DNA from: an uncultured Nitrososphaerota archaeon
GTDB taxonomy: Archaea; Thermoproteota; EX4484-205; JAAOZO01
Direction of reading: 5' to 3'
Length of the DNA stretch: 64,000 nucleotides
Assembly (NCBI GenBank): GCA_964408285.1
Contig: CAYOYV010000008.1
Coordinates: 1-64,000 of the forward strand
The position numbers were made by a program, and so were the translations under genes. Shown here piece by piece: positions 54,429 through 64,000 of this stretch (the stretch's first letter is position 1; every line of letters starts with the position of its first letter). Below the pieces are notes generated by a model. That model did not search any database. It was not told the origin of the DNA and saw only the letters and a program-made list of their open reading frames with translations.

Positions 54429-57400
54429 CGGTCCCCAGTCTGAATATATCGATTACGAACAAGGACTTGGAATACGTCTATTATCTGTTAGTCTCAAAGA
54501 GGGGCTTGGCCCAGCATCACATCGACTCATATAACGAACTAGTGCAGAAAGACATCAACAAGATAGTCGAGGAGGTTGGCGATTTACGCGTTTCACTGCC
54601 GGATCTAAGGCACAGAATACAGTTTGGAAAAGTCTTCGTAGAAACCCCGTCCGTTGAAGAGGCATCTGGAGCGCAGAATCCGGTTTACCCACTTGAGGCG
54701 CGTCTTCGGAACATTACTTATTCCTCCCCGCTGTTCCTGGAATACAAAGAATACAAGAACGAGAGGCTCATGCACGAAGGCAACGTGAAGATAGGGGCCT
54801 TTCCTGTTATGGTGAAATCAAGTCTCTGCAGGCTTCATAACGCTCGTTCGGAAGAACTCATCAGTGCCGGGGAAGATCCAAGAGATCCGGGAGGTTATTT
54901 CATTGTCAATGGTTCGGAGAAAGTGATCGTAGGCCTTGAGGATTTCGCCAGCAATAGGATATTCACAGAGAAGAAGAAAATGGGAAGTTCGATATTCTAT
55001 ATCTCCAGGGTATTCTCATCGACAGTGGGTTATAGGACCAAAGTCGAGGTCAGGTTCAATCAACAAAACAAATTCCTGCGCGTCTACTTCCCGGGAATAG
55101 GGGAGGACATTCCCTTTGTCATCTTGATGAGAGCGCTCGGGATTGAAAAGGATGTGGAAATAGCCCTTGGAACCTCAGTTTTTGGAGAAGTGCAAAACGA
55201 ACTCTTCAAGTCATTTGACGAAGCTTCAGGAATAATAGACAGAGACCAAGCGATAGACTTCATAGGGGGAAGAGCTGCCTACGGGCAACCCAAAGAGATC
55301 AGAATGAGGCGTGCGGAGTATTTGCTCGACAGGGTTCTCTTACCACATATTGGGACTTCCTCTGACGATAGATTGCGGAAGGCGTATTACTTGGGGAAAA
55401 TGGCTGAGCGAGCGGTTGCCATTAAACTCGGGTGGAGAAGGGCCGATGATAAGGACCATTATAAGAACAAAAGGCTTCGTTTTGCAGGGCCATTAATAGC
55501 TGAGATGTTTAGGCAGGCCTTCAGGAGAATGGTGCGGGATCTAAAATACCAGGTAGAAAGAGCAGACATAAAGAGAAGTGCCCCGCCTAGGAGCGTTGCG
55601 CATCTGGTTTCGACCAGATTGATCTCTGAATTACTGAATCATGCAATAGCCACTGGCAATTGGGGAAGGCGATTGGCTGGCGTTTCACAACTCCTAGAAA
55701 GAACAAACTATGTCTCCACCATAAGCCACCTGAGAAGAATACAATCGACGCTAAGCCGCAGCCAAGCCAACTTCGAGGCGAGGGATCTACATCCAACTCA
55801 ATGGGGCAGAATCGACCCTTCAGAATCTCCTGAGGGGAGCAACTGCGGTCTAGTAAAGAACCTTAGCCTTCTGGCCCAGATTTCGGTGACAGCCGATACC
55901 GAGGAGATAATCAAGACCCTTACGTCACTAGGAGTCGTGTCAGCTGAAAGCGCAGACGAGAAACTAAGGAAAGAGGGGGCGGAGGTGTATGTCAATGGAA
56001 CGTTGGTGGGGTACCATGTTGAAGGGCGCCCGCTCGCCAAGGAATTGGTCCGACTGAGAAGGAGAGGCGCGCTTTCAAATCAAGTGAACGTAGGGGCCTA
56101 CGTTCATGACTATGCTGGCGTAACCAAAGTTGAAGTAGTGATCAATGCGGATCCCGGCCGTCCGAGGCGCCCACTGGTGGTTGTCGAGGAAGGAATACCC
56201 AGACTCAAGGCAGAACATGTTCAGAAACTGAAGGAGGGGGACCTAACGATCGAGGACCTGACTGACCTCGGTGTTGTGGAGTATCTTGATGCCGAAGAGG
56301 AAGAGAATACGCTAATCGCAACCAGCTTAGAAGAACTGATCCCGGAGGTCCAACATCTTGAAGCATCACCCATGAGTGTCTTCGGAGCAACGACATCCTC
56401 CATTCCGTTTGCTGAACACAACCAATCACCGAGGAATACGTATGAGGGAGCAATGGCTAAACAGGCATTGGGATATCCAACTTCTGTCCTCACGTTCAAT
56501 TACTCGACCACATCGCACTACCTAGTGTATCCTCAGGTCCCGCTTGTGAACACGGTGACCAGTGATATTGTTGGCTTTGAGAAGAATCCAATAGGACAGA
56601 ATTTTGTAGTTGCTGTTATCTCCACGCCGTATAATATGGAGGACGCCCTCGTCATAAACAAAGCATCAGTTGAAAGAGGACTGGGAAGAACCGTATCCTA
56701 CTTCGTCTACGAGGCAGAAGCCCAACTTTATGCAATGGGAGAAAGGGACAGAATACAGAAACCGGAATCAAGCGTGAGAGGCTATCGCGGCGAGGACGCA
56801 TACGCAAGATTGGACGAGGACGGAATAATCCCCCTTGAGAGCCACATCGCAGGTGGAGAAGTCATAATAGGTAGGACCAGTCCGCCGAGATTCCTAGAGG
56901 AACGGGTCGATATATGGGGCCAGCCATCCTATAGGCGTGACACATCAGTTCTCCTTAAGGCATCTCACTCAGGTTATGTAGACGATGTGCTTCTGACCGA
57001 GGATAAGGAACAGAACAAACTTGTGAAGGTGAGGATCCGGGACACAAGAACACCGGAAATAGGCGACAAGTTCGCCACTCGTGCAGGACAAAAGGGAATA
57101 ATAGGTGCAATCGTGCCGCAGGAGGATCTCCCATTCACCACATCGGGCATGACACCGGATGCCATGATCAATCCTCATGCGATTCCTTCCAGGATGACCA
57201 TCGGGCACTTCCTTGAGAGTATTTTTGGGAAGGCCGCAACCATAACAGGAAAACAAGTCAGAGGAGATCCATTCATCCACGACTCGCCGGATTCAATCTA
57301 TGACCTCTTGAAGTCCCATGGATTTGAGCCATACGGAGAGGAGCTAATGGTTAACGGAAGAACCGGGGAATTACTGGATGCGAAGATATTCGTAGGATTG

Positions 57401-57799
57401 GTATACTATCAGAGGCTTCACCACATGGTCAAGGACAAAATGCATGCTAGGGCGAGAGGACAGGTCACCCTATTGACTCATCAACCAACAGAGGGCAGGG
57501 CTAGAGGCGGAGGTCTCCGCTTCGGAGAGATGGAGAGGGACTGTCTGGTTGGTCACGGGGCTTCTAGGCTGCTTCAGGACAGGCTCCTCGAGGAATCAGA
57601 CAAGACGACGATATATATCTGTGAGAATTGTGGCACAGTTGGATATTACGATTCAAAACAAAGGCGATATGTCTGTAGGATCTGCGGTAGAAACACAAAC
57701 ATAAGTGCCGTGACCATTTCCTATGCGTTCAAGCTTCTACTTCAGGAAATCATGAGCCTAGGCATATTCCCACGAATCACCTTGAAGGAGAGGATCTAA
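54425..57799 (+). CDS. rpoB: RNA polymerase subunit Rpo2 (unsplit RpoB)
   Basis: GGYFIVNGSE, SPEGSNCGL, GDKFATRAGQKG, GGLRFGEMERD. Confidence 0.98.
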   Translation: MTVPSLNISITNKDLEYVYYLLVSKRGLAQHHIDSYNELVQKDINKIVEEVGDLRVSLPDLRHRIQFGKVFVETPSVEEASGAQNPVYPLEARLRNITYSSPLFLEYKEYKNERLMHEGNVKIGAFPVMVKSSLCRLHNARSEELISAGEDPRDPGGYFIVNGSEKVIVGLEDFASNRIFTEKKKMGSSIFYISRVFSSTVGYRTKVEVRFNQQNKFLRVYFPGIGEDIPFVILMRALGIEKDVEIALGTSVFGEVQNELFKSFDEASGIIDRDQAIDFIGGRAAYGQPKEIRMRRAEYLLDRVLLPHIGTSSDDRLRKAYYLGKMAERAVAIKLGWRRADDKDHYKNKRLRFAGPLIAEMFRQAFRRMVRDLKYQVERADIKRSAPPRSVAHLVSTRLISELLNHAIATGNWGRRLAGVSQLLERTNYVSTISHLRRIQSTLSRSQANFEARDLHPTQWGRIDPSESPEGSNCGLVKNLSLLAQISVTADTEEIIKTLTSLGVVSAESADEKLRKEGAEVYVNGTLVGYHVEGRPLAKELVRLRRRGALSNQVNVGAYVHDYAGVTKVEVVINADPGRPRRPLVVVEEGIPRLKAEHVQKLKEGDLTIEDLTDLGVVEYLDAEEEENTLIATSLEELIPEVQHLEASPMSVFGATTSSIPFAEHNQSPRNTYEGAMAKQALGYPTSVLTFNYSTTSHYLVYPQVPLVNTVTSDIVGFEKNPIGQNFVVAVISTPYNMEDALVINKASVERGLGRTVSYFVYEAEAQLYAMGERDRIQKPESSVRGYRGEDAYARLDEDGIIPLESHIAGGEVIIGRTSPPRFLEERVDIWGQPSYRRDTSVLLKASHSGYVDDVLLTEDKEQNKLVKVRIRDTRTPEIGDKFATRAGQKGIIGAIVPQEDLPFTTSGMTPDAMINPHAIPSRMTIGHFLESIFGKAATITGKQVRGDPFIHDSPDSIYDLLKSHGFEPYGEELMVNGRTGELLDAKIFVGLVYYQRLHHMVKDKMHARARGQVTLLTHQPTEGRARGGGLRFGEMERDCLVGHGASRLLQDRLLEESDKTTIYICENCGTVGYYDSKQRRYVCRICGRNTNISAVTISYAFKLLLQEIMSLGIFPRITLKERI

Positions 57800-57802
57800 A
57801 TC

Positions 57803-60800
57803 ATGAGCAAGGAGATAGAGCTGAAATCGATTGATTCGGTGAAGTTCGGAATCCTGAATCCAAACATAATCAGGAAAATGTCGGTCGTAGAAATCTCTTC
57901 AGAAGAGGTCTATAACGAGGACGGAACGGCAGTTCCTGGAGGTGTAATGGATCTCAGGTTAGGCACCATTGAACCGAGCCAGAGATGCCAGACTTGTGGG
58001 AATCCACCCACAAAATGCCCCGGTCACTTCGGGCACATAGAATTGCCAAGTCCGGTCATTAACTATCTCTTCGTCAAGGAGATTCACCTACTTCTAACTG
58101 TCACTTGCAGGTCATGCGGGAGGCCACTTCTTCCGGAGGAGAAGGTCAGGGAATGCAAAAACGAGATGAAGGAATACATGGCAGAATATGGAGCGGTTCC
58201 CGAGAAATTCTATTCCCAGATAACTAGGGAAGCAAAGAGAATGTCGAGCTGTCCCCACTGTGGGTCAGCCCAATTCGTGGTAAAACCGGTCAAACCTGCC
58301 GGATTCTTCGAGATATCCCCAGACAAGACGACTACGAAACTGACGCCGTCAATGGTCAGGGAGAGGCTGGCACGAATACCCGACGGCGATCTACCCCTGC
58401 TGAAGATAGACCAGGAAGTAAGTAGGCCGGAATGGATGGTTGTGGAGCCTCTTCCAGTGCCACCAGTGCAAGTGAGGCCCTCGATAATACTAGAGAGCGG
58501 GGAGAGATCCGAGGATGACCTAACGCACAAGCTCGTAGATATCGTGAGGGCATCGCAAAGAATGAAGGAAGCGCTTGAGAGCGGGGCTTCGCCAATGATC
58601 GTTCAGGATTTCGAGGATCTTCTTCAATACCATGTCACCACGTACCTAGATAATGAAGCAAGTGGCGTTCCTCCCTCAAGGCATAGAACCAACAAAATCC
58701 TGAAGACTCTCTCACAAAGACTGAAAGGAAAAGAGGGAAGGTTCAGAAAGAACCTCTCAGGAAAAAGGGTGGACTTCTCAGCTAGAACGGTGATATCGCC
58801 GGATCCATCACTCGAAGTGGACGAAGTTGGTGTTCCGCTGCGCATAGCCATGCAATTAACTATTCCTGAGAAAATCAATCCATACAACAGGACCGGCCTG
58901 ATTGAGCTGGTGAAGAATGGTCCGAATAAATATCCAGGTGCGCTATATGTCATTAGACCCGATGGGGCCAGAATAAAGCTGGAATTCGTCAAGGACCTGA
59001 CCTCATTCGCGGACAATCTAGAAGAGGGATACACAGTTGAAAGGCACCTGCTGGATGAGGACCATGTCGTGTTCAACAGGCAACCCTCCCTGCATAGGAT
59101 TTCGATGATGGGGCACAGAGTTAGAGTGCTGCCTGGGTCGACCTTGAGATTACACCCGGCCGTCTGTCCGCCATACAATGCAGATTTCGATGGAGATGAA
59201 ATGAATCTTCATGTGCCTCAATCGACTGAAGCCATTGCAGAAACCAAGGAACTCCTTCAAGTTAAGCGGAATTACATAACACCAAGGTACGGGGCGCCTA
59301 TAATAGGTGCAATAAGGGATTTCGTCACCAGTGCGTATCTTCTCACCCGTTCAGATACACATCTTTCCCGGAAGGAGGCATACGCCCTAGCTGCGGCAGC
59401 AGGGAGCTCGGCCCCCTTCCCTAAGCCAGCAATTGAAGGGCCTCCACCACTCTGGTCAGGCAAGCAGGTTTTCGGCCTATTACTTCCCTCCGACTTCGAG
59501 TACAAAACCATAGCAAAGGTCTGCTCGAATTGCGATACCTGCAAAGAGGAGGACTGCCCATATGATGCCTATGTATTGATCAAGAACGGCAAGCTGCTCA
59601 AAGGGGTAATCGATCACGCTTCAATCGGAGCTGAAAAGGCCGGTACGATTCTCCATGAAATTCTTCTACATTATGGCGAGGAAAGAGCGAACACCTTCTT
59701 GACTTCCTTGACAAAAATGGTATCGAAATTCGTTGAGCTAAGGGGATTCAGCATGTCTTACAGTGAACTCATATTACCGGAGGGTGCCGCTCAGGAGATT
59801 TCTCAGTATCTCAACGGTGCCGACGAAAGGGTTGATACTGTTATCTCCGACTTCAGGTCCGGCAAGCTTCCGAAAATGGCAGGCCTCTCAAATGAGGATT
59901 CCTTAGAAGCATATATAATGGACGTCCTAGAAACCATAAGGACCAAGACCGGGGAAATAGCAAGCAACTCATTGGGCCTTGAAAACAACGCTGTTGTCAT
60001 GACAAGGACTGGAGCCAGAGGTTCGAATGTGAACCTAGGACAAATGTCGGCCTCCCTTGGACCACAGTCGCTGAGGGGCAAGAGGATCTCTCGAGGATAT
60101 ACCGGGAGACCGCTTCCACACTTCAGACGAAACGATCTGGGTCCCGCAGCCAGGGGCTTCATAAAGTCGAGCTACATGACTGGTCTATCTCCAACGGAGT
60201 TCTTCTACCACGCGATGGGTGGGAGAGAGTCTCTTGTTGATACAGCTGTCAGGACGCAACAAAGTGGATACCTACAGAGGCGCCTCATACATGCACTCGA
60301 AACATTGAAAATAGAATATGATGGCACGGTTAGGGATCCATATGGGAACGTTGTTGAATTCATCTATGGCGGAGATGGCCTGGATCCATCAAGAAGCTAC
60401 CATGGGAAATTTCCAATCGATGTGGTGTTGAAGAACCTAATTGCCTCACACAAGGCAAAGCTAGGAGCAAGGGTCGCGGTGTCACATCTAAAGGACGTTC
60501 TTGATAAGAAAGCAGCAGCTATCCCGCCTTCGCTGAGAGATGAGCTAAAGAAGAAGATACTCGAGTTAGGGATAGAATCGGAGAAGATTTCTGGAATCGT
60601 GCAAGGAGCAGTTCAGAAGTATCAAGACTTGGCAGCTGACCCCGGCGAAAGTGTAGGCGTCGTCGCGGCTCAATCAATAGGCGAGCCCGGGACACAAATG
60701 ACGCTGAGAACCTTCCACTATGCTGGTGTCAGAGAGGCAACCGTCACTATCGGGCTACCAAGGCTGATGGAGCTATTGGATGCAAGGAGAGTGCCAAAGA

Positions 60801-61624
60801 CGGCCACAATGAAGATTCATCTGTTGCCTGAGTATGGCTCCAAACAAGCAACCGCACTGAAGATAGCGAAGAAAATGGTGTATACCTCTATAAACGACAT
60901 TGCCTCTGAGATGACGGAACAGCCAGTGAGGTTACTTGTGAACATAACGCTATCTAAGGAAATGATGACCGAAAGGTCACTGACCCCCAAGAAGGTTCTA
61001 GATGTACTGGTGTCGGCAGGCTTCAAGGCCACGTCCAACGGAGAGATCATTCAGGTGAAGGCCAAAGACGCTGAGGAGCTTGAGGGCGTAATCGAAAAAC
61101 TGAAGAAGACACCTGTGTCCGGAATCATGTCTATAACCAGAGTCACCGTGAAGCAGGAAGGAGACGAGTGGATCTTGGACACTGAAGGATCTAATCTTTC
61201 AGAAGTGCTAAAAATACCGGAAGTTGACAAGAAGAGAGTATCTACGAACAACGTACATGAAGTGGCGGAAGTCATAGGCATAGAGGGCGCCCGCCTCGCG
61301 CTCATGCAAGAGATAAAGAGTACTCTGGATGAACAAGGCCTTGATGTCGATTTGAGGCACATTGAGTTGGTCGCATCTGCGATGACAACGAGTGGAAGAA
61401 TAAAGCAGATAGGGCGTCACGGGCTGTCAGGCGAAAAGACGAGCGTGTTAGCGAAGGCTGCCTTCGAAAGAACCATACCGACCATTGTGGACGGAGCAGT
61501 GACTGGTTCAGTGGATTACATGAAGGGAATGACGGAGAGGGTATTAGCCGGAGAGGAGATAAAAGCAGGAACGGGCATGATAGATGTCTATGTCGATTTG
61601 CGAAAGAGTTTAATCCAAGAGTAG
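57803..61624 (+). CDS. rpoA: RNA polymerase largest subunit Rpo1 (fused A'+A'')
   Basis: NADFDGD catalytic motif; A'' motifs AQSIGEPGTQMTLRTFH and AAFE in the same ORF. Confidence 0.98.
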   Translation: MSKEIELKSIDSVKFGILNPNIIRKMSVVEISSEEVYNEDGTAVPGGVMDLRLGTIEPSQRCQTCGNPPTKCPGHFGHIELPSPVINYLFVKEIHLLLTVTCRSCGRPLLPEEKVRECKNEMKEYMAEYGAVPEKFYSQITREAKRMSSCPHCGSAQFVVKPVKPAGFFEISPDKTTTKLTPSMVRERLARIPDGDLPLLKIDQEVSRPEWMVVEPLPVPPVQVRPSIILESGERSEDDLTHKLVDIVRASQRMKEALESGASPMIVQDFEDLLQYHVTTYLDNEASGVPPSRHRTNKILKTLSQRLKGKEGRFRKNLSGKRVDFSARTVISPDPSLEVDEVGVPLRIAMQLTIPEKINPYNRTGLIELVKNGPNKYPGALYVIRPDGARIKLEFVKDLTSFADNLEEGYTVERHLLDEDHVVFNRQPSLHRISMMGHRVRVLPGSTLRLHPAVCPPYNADFDGDEMNLHVPQSTEAIAETKELLQVKRNYITPRYGAPIIGAIRDFVTSAYLLTRSDTHLSRKEAYALAAAAGSSAPFPKPAIEGPPPLWSGKQVFGLLLPSDFEYKTIAKVCSNCDTCKEEDCPYDAYVLIKNGKLLKGVIDHASIGAEKAGTILHEILLHYGEERANTFLTSLTKMVSKFVELRGFSMSYSELILPEGAAQEISQYLNGADERVDTVISDFRSGKLPKMAGLSNEDSLEAYIMDVLETIRTKTGEIASNSLGLENNAVVMTRTGARGSNVNLGQMSASLGPQSLRGKRISRGYTGRPLPHFRRNDLGPAARGFIKSSYMTGLSPTEFFYHAMGGRESLVDTAVRTQQSGYLQRRLIHALETLKIEYDGTVRDPYGNVVEFIYGGDGLDPSRSYHGKFPIDVVLKNLIASHKAKLGARVAVSHLKDVLDKKAAAIPPSLRDELKKKILELGIESEKISGIVQGAVQKYQDLAADPGESVGVVAAQSIGEPGTQMTLRTFHYAGVREATVTIGLPRLMELLDARRVPKTATMKIHLLPEYGSKQATALKIAKKMVYTSINDIASEMTEQPVRLLVNITLSKEMMTERSLTPKKVLDVLVSAGFKATSNGEIIQVKAKDAEELEGVIEKLKKTPVSGIMSITRVTVKQEGDEWILDTEGSNLSEVLKIPEVDKKRVSTNNVHEVAEVIGIEGARLALMQEIKSTLDEQGLDVDLRHIELVASAMTTSGRIKQIGRHGLSGEKTSVLAKAAFERTIPTIVDGAVTGSVDYMKGMTERVLAGEEIKAGTGMIDVYVDLRKSLIQE

Positions 61625-61630
61625 ACCACG

Positions 61631-61936
61631 GTGCCTAAAGAAATGGAGGCGTCTATCAGAACTGCCTACAGAACCGGCGATGTCGTGATAGGCCTATCGA
61701 GAGTCAGAAAAGACCTAGTTCTCGGAAAATTGAAGGCTGTAGTCTATTCCTCCTCTCTACCTCACAAGAGGGCAGACGAACTTGAAAACCTTGCCAAGCT
61801 ATCTGAAGTGCCGATCAGGAGGGCGAGCTTTACCTCGGTGGACCTAGGTCACCTCTGCAACAAGCCATTTCCCATAGCGGTAATCGGTGTCAAGGAATTC
61901 GGACAATCAGATCTGGGGGCCATTGTCAAATCATGA
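61631..61936 (+). CDS. rpl30e: 50S ribosomal protein L30e
   Basis: TGDVVIG...SVDLGHLCNKPF...GQSD; position after rpoA. Confidence 0.9.
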   Translation: MPKEMEASIRTAYRTGDVVIGLSRVRKDLVLGKLKAVVYSSSLPHKRADELENLAKLSEVPIRRASFTSVDLGHLCNKPFPIAVIGVKEFGQSDLGAIVKS

Positions 61937-62370
61937 GTTCTCCCAAAGTCAAGCTGACTACGGATTCGTTTCAATATCTTGCCCTATTCGAGAGCGTTGC
62001 AAGGGCAAGACCAATCGATTTCGTTGAATTCATGGACTCCGAGCTAATCTTCTTCGTAAGAAAGGAGGAACTTATCTTGGTCGATCTGAATCCGGTCAAA
62101 CCCGTTGCACGCCTCTCGCGATTGCTCAACAAGAAAGTCAAGATATTCGCATACTCTGACAACCCCGAGGATTTCATTTGCTCCCTGTTCAGGCAAGTGG
62201 GCGTTGAGTCGGTGAATGTCTCCGACGTGAAGGACGGGCGAAAGATCGCCTATGTGAAGGTTTGTGATAAGGATAAGGGCAAGGCAATAGGGATAAATGG
62301 AATGAACGCAAAGAGGGCCTCCTTCCTAACGAAAAAGTATTTCGACATTGACATGGTAAAAATAGTGTGA
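61933..62370 (+). CDS. nusA: Archaeal NusA (KH domains)
   Basis: VKLT...LFES; KGKAIGINGMN; conserved position. Confidence 0.88.
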   Translation: MSSPKVKLTTDSFQYLALFESVARARPIDFVEFMDSELIFFVRKEELILVDLNPVKPVARLSRLLNKKVKIFAYSDNPEDFICSLFRQVGVESVNVSDVKDGRKIAYVKVCDKDKGKAIGINGMNAKRASFLTKKYFDIDMVKIV

Positions 62371-62459
62371 TTGAATAAACCAGGTTTCTGTGAGCATAAG
62401 CGATTGGCAAAATGACATAAGTTTGCTCATGCCGGATCAAATGGGGGGCAACGGGTGGA

Positions 62460-63101
62460 TTGTCTTCTTGGGAAGAGGATTATAGAAGCGTCAAATCACT
62501 GTGGGGATTGGAGCCCGATTACGTGCTGGCGAAATATTCAAGGCTTATTCCCCCGGGAAATGTCTTGGACCTAGGCATTGGAGAAGGAAGAAACGCACTT
62601 TTCTTTGCCAAGATGGGTTATGAGGCGGAAGGAGTAGACATTTCGCCAACTGCCATTCAGCGATGCGCCGAGCGAGCTAAGAACGCAAATGTTAGAATCA
62701 AGCTTGATATGAGAGACTTGAGGGAAACGGATATCGCTGAAGGTAGACATTCCCTTATCATTGCAGCGTGGGTACTGAATTTCTTTAGAAAGGTAGAAAT
62801 ACAGGGAATTGTGAAAAACATAAAGAACGGCCTGAAAGAAAAAGGCCTTTTCTACGCTGGAGTTTTTTCAGTCGACGACCCAGGATATGAAAGCGCCGAG
62901 AAGAACCTGCCATTGTTGGAAGAGAATACATTTTTTTCTGAGAAGCGTGGTTTCTACATGCATTACTTCACCAAAGAGGAAATTCTTTCTCTCGTCTCCG
63001 ATTTGGAGATCATCCATTGCTCAGAGAGCAGGGAACTGGATCTCAGCCACGATGAACCCCATTATCATGGTCTTATTGAAATTGTGGCACGGAAACGTTA
63101 A
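62460..63101 (+). CDS. Class I SAM-dependent methyltransferase (TehB-like)
   Basis: VLDLGIGEGRNALFFA, GVDIS, LKEKG, HYFT. Confidence 0.85.
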   Translation: MSSWEEDYRSVKSLWGLEPDYVLAKYSRLIPPGNVLDLGIGEGRNALFFAKMGYEAEGVDISPTAIQRCAERAKNANVRIKLDMRDLRETDIAEGRHSLIIAAWVLNFFRKVEIQGIVKNIKNGLKEKGLFYAGVFSVDDPGYESAEKNLPLLEENTFFSEKRGFYMHYFTKEEILSLVSDLEIIHCSESRELDLSHDEPHYHGLIEIVARKR

Positions 63102-63194
63102 TATCGCATCCTTAGTTGTTCGCGAGCTCATGGACCGGTTCTTGCGAGTACCTACGTGGAAAAATGGCCCAAAAAGAGACAAAGTAATCTTGGA

Positions 63195-63854
63195 CTAGAC
63201 TTGGAGCGTTCTGAAGAAGGTTTCGATCTGAAGCAACAACGGTAGAGGATCCTGCATGTACTGCTCGTGACATGAATCCCAATTGCCTAGGATCCTCATC
63301 AGATTGACGCCAAGCGAACCGCTCTTCTGTTTTTCGATCAAACTCACAGTTTCGTTTCTTGTCAGAGGCAGATTGCCAGTGTCCTTGTAGACCAGACATG
63401 AAAGGCAGAGGTAGACTGATTTCAGTGCAGGCAAGAGGGCACTTGCTGGTTTCTCATGAGGATGCGGTAGAATCAAATAATGACGAATCCTGTCGAGCCA
63501 ATCCCTGCGGACGATGTTGATATAATCTTGAATTTCTTGCCCCGAAGGAAGCGGATAGTCCAGATCTCCATAGAGTTTCTCTGAATGGACGAACTGCAGT
63601 AACATCGGCTTTGGCATCGTCTTCAGATCATTCTTATCCAATAGGTAGACCGAGTAACCCCTTCGGTCCGCAAATACCGCTCGAAGCCCCAGAATTGTCC
63701 CTTCATCTACCCTTGAGACAATTATCGCAATATCGTAGTCACTACCCTCCCTTTCTTCGCCCCTGACCCTACTGCCGGTCAGGAACATGGCCACAAGATT
63801 CTCAGCCAAGGTCTGCCTGATTTGGTTCTTTAGGGCGTCTAGCACTTCAACCAT
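63195..63854 (-). CDS. Pol-beta-type nucleotidyltransferase domain protein; start reassigned to ~63854
   Basis: LTGSRVRGE...SDYDI. Confidence 0.75.
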   Translation of the reverse strand: MVEVLDALKNQIRQTLAENLVAMFLTGSRVRGEEREGSDYDIAIIVSRVDEGTILGLRAVFADRRGYSVYLLDKNDLKTMPKPMLLQFVHSEKLYGDLDYPLPSGQEIQDYINIVRRDWLDRIRHYLILPHPHEKPASALLPALKSVYLCLSCLVYKDTGNLPLTRNETVSLIEKQKSGSLGVNLMRILGNWDSCHEQYMQDPLPLLLQIETFFRTLQV

Positions 63855-63942
63855 TGCCCTACATACCACTTGGCTCTTTATAAGGGTGTGATAAGATTTA
63901 TTAGTAGCTTTTGACATAAATGTAACAGTGTTATATCGAGGA

Positions 63943-64000
63943 ATGAGGCTAAAAGATAAAATAGCGATAGTGACCGGGTCTGGCCAAGGCATAGGAAGGG
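63943..64000 (+). CDS. SDR oxidoreductase, 5' fragment truncated by the window edge
   Basis: MRLKDKIAIVTGSGQGIGR (TGxxxGIG). Confidence 0.85.
   Translation, partial: MRLKDKIAIVTGSGQGIGR

Noticed and set aside
8403-61420. Numerous 60-210 aa antisense or alternate-frame ORFs inside long genes
   Set aside because: Shadow ORFs of well-supported CDSs; no recognisable motifs.
1-64000. CRISPR arrays, rRNA genes, transposases
   Set aside because: No regularly spaced repeats, rRNA signatures or DDE/integrase ORFs were seen by eye.

Overview
Archaeal chromosome segment, most likely from a TACK-group lineage: unsplit RpoB, fused RpoA'/A'', archaeal ribosomal, primase, PCNA, exosome and ether-lipid genes. 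Core content includes rpoH-rpoB-rpoA-rpl30e-nusA, the rpl10e-csl4-rpoL-TFS-PCNA-priL-priS-gins-rpl44e-rps27e-aIF2a-nop10-PAC2 cluster, the modified mevalonate pathway (AcnX large/small subunits, UbiD), carS, DGGGP synthase, aglB, Hef, XPD, hisS, and an amino-acid/2-oxoacid fermentation cluster (ACD, POR-like, aminotransferase). Accessory genes lie mostly next to tRNAs. Highlights, all read by hand from the sequence: (1) all 8 tRNA genes carry bulge-helix-bulge (BHB) introns, 17 in total and mostly at non-canonical positions, including a tRNA-Lys(UUU) with four introns and a tRNA-Tyr with three; (2) a three-gene cassette between tRNA-Asp and tRNA-Tyr encoding a divergent TGT-fold/DUF4417-like protein whose Zn-binding tail lies in another frame, a PD-(D/E)XK nuclease-like protein and an unknown protein; (3) a 142-aa mini-intein inside helicase motif II of XPD; (4) a bacterial-type LeuRS with an archaeal-type C-terminus; (5) single-gene inversions (PCNA, an unannotated nop10) in a conserved operon. 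No CRISPR array, rRNA or transposase was seen. Family assignments come from remembered motifs, not database searches.
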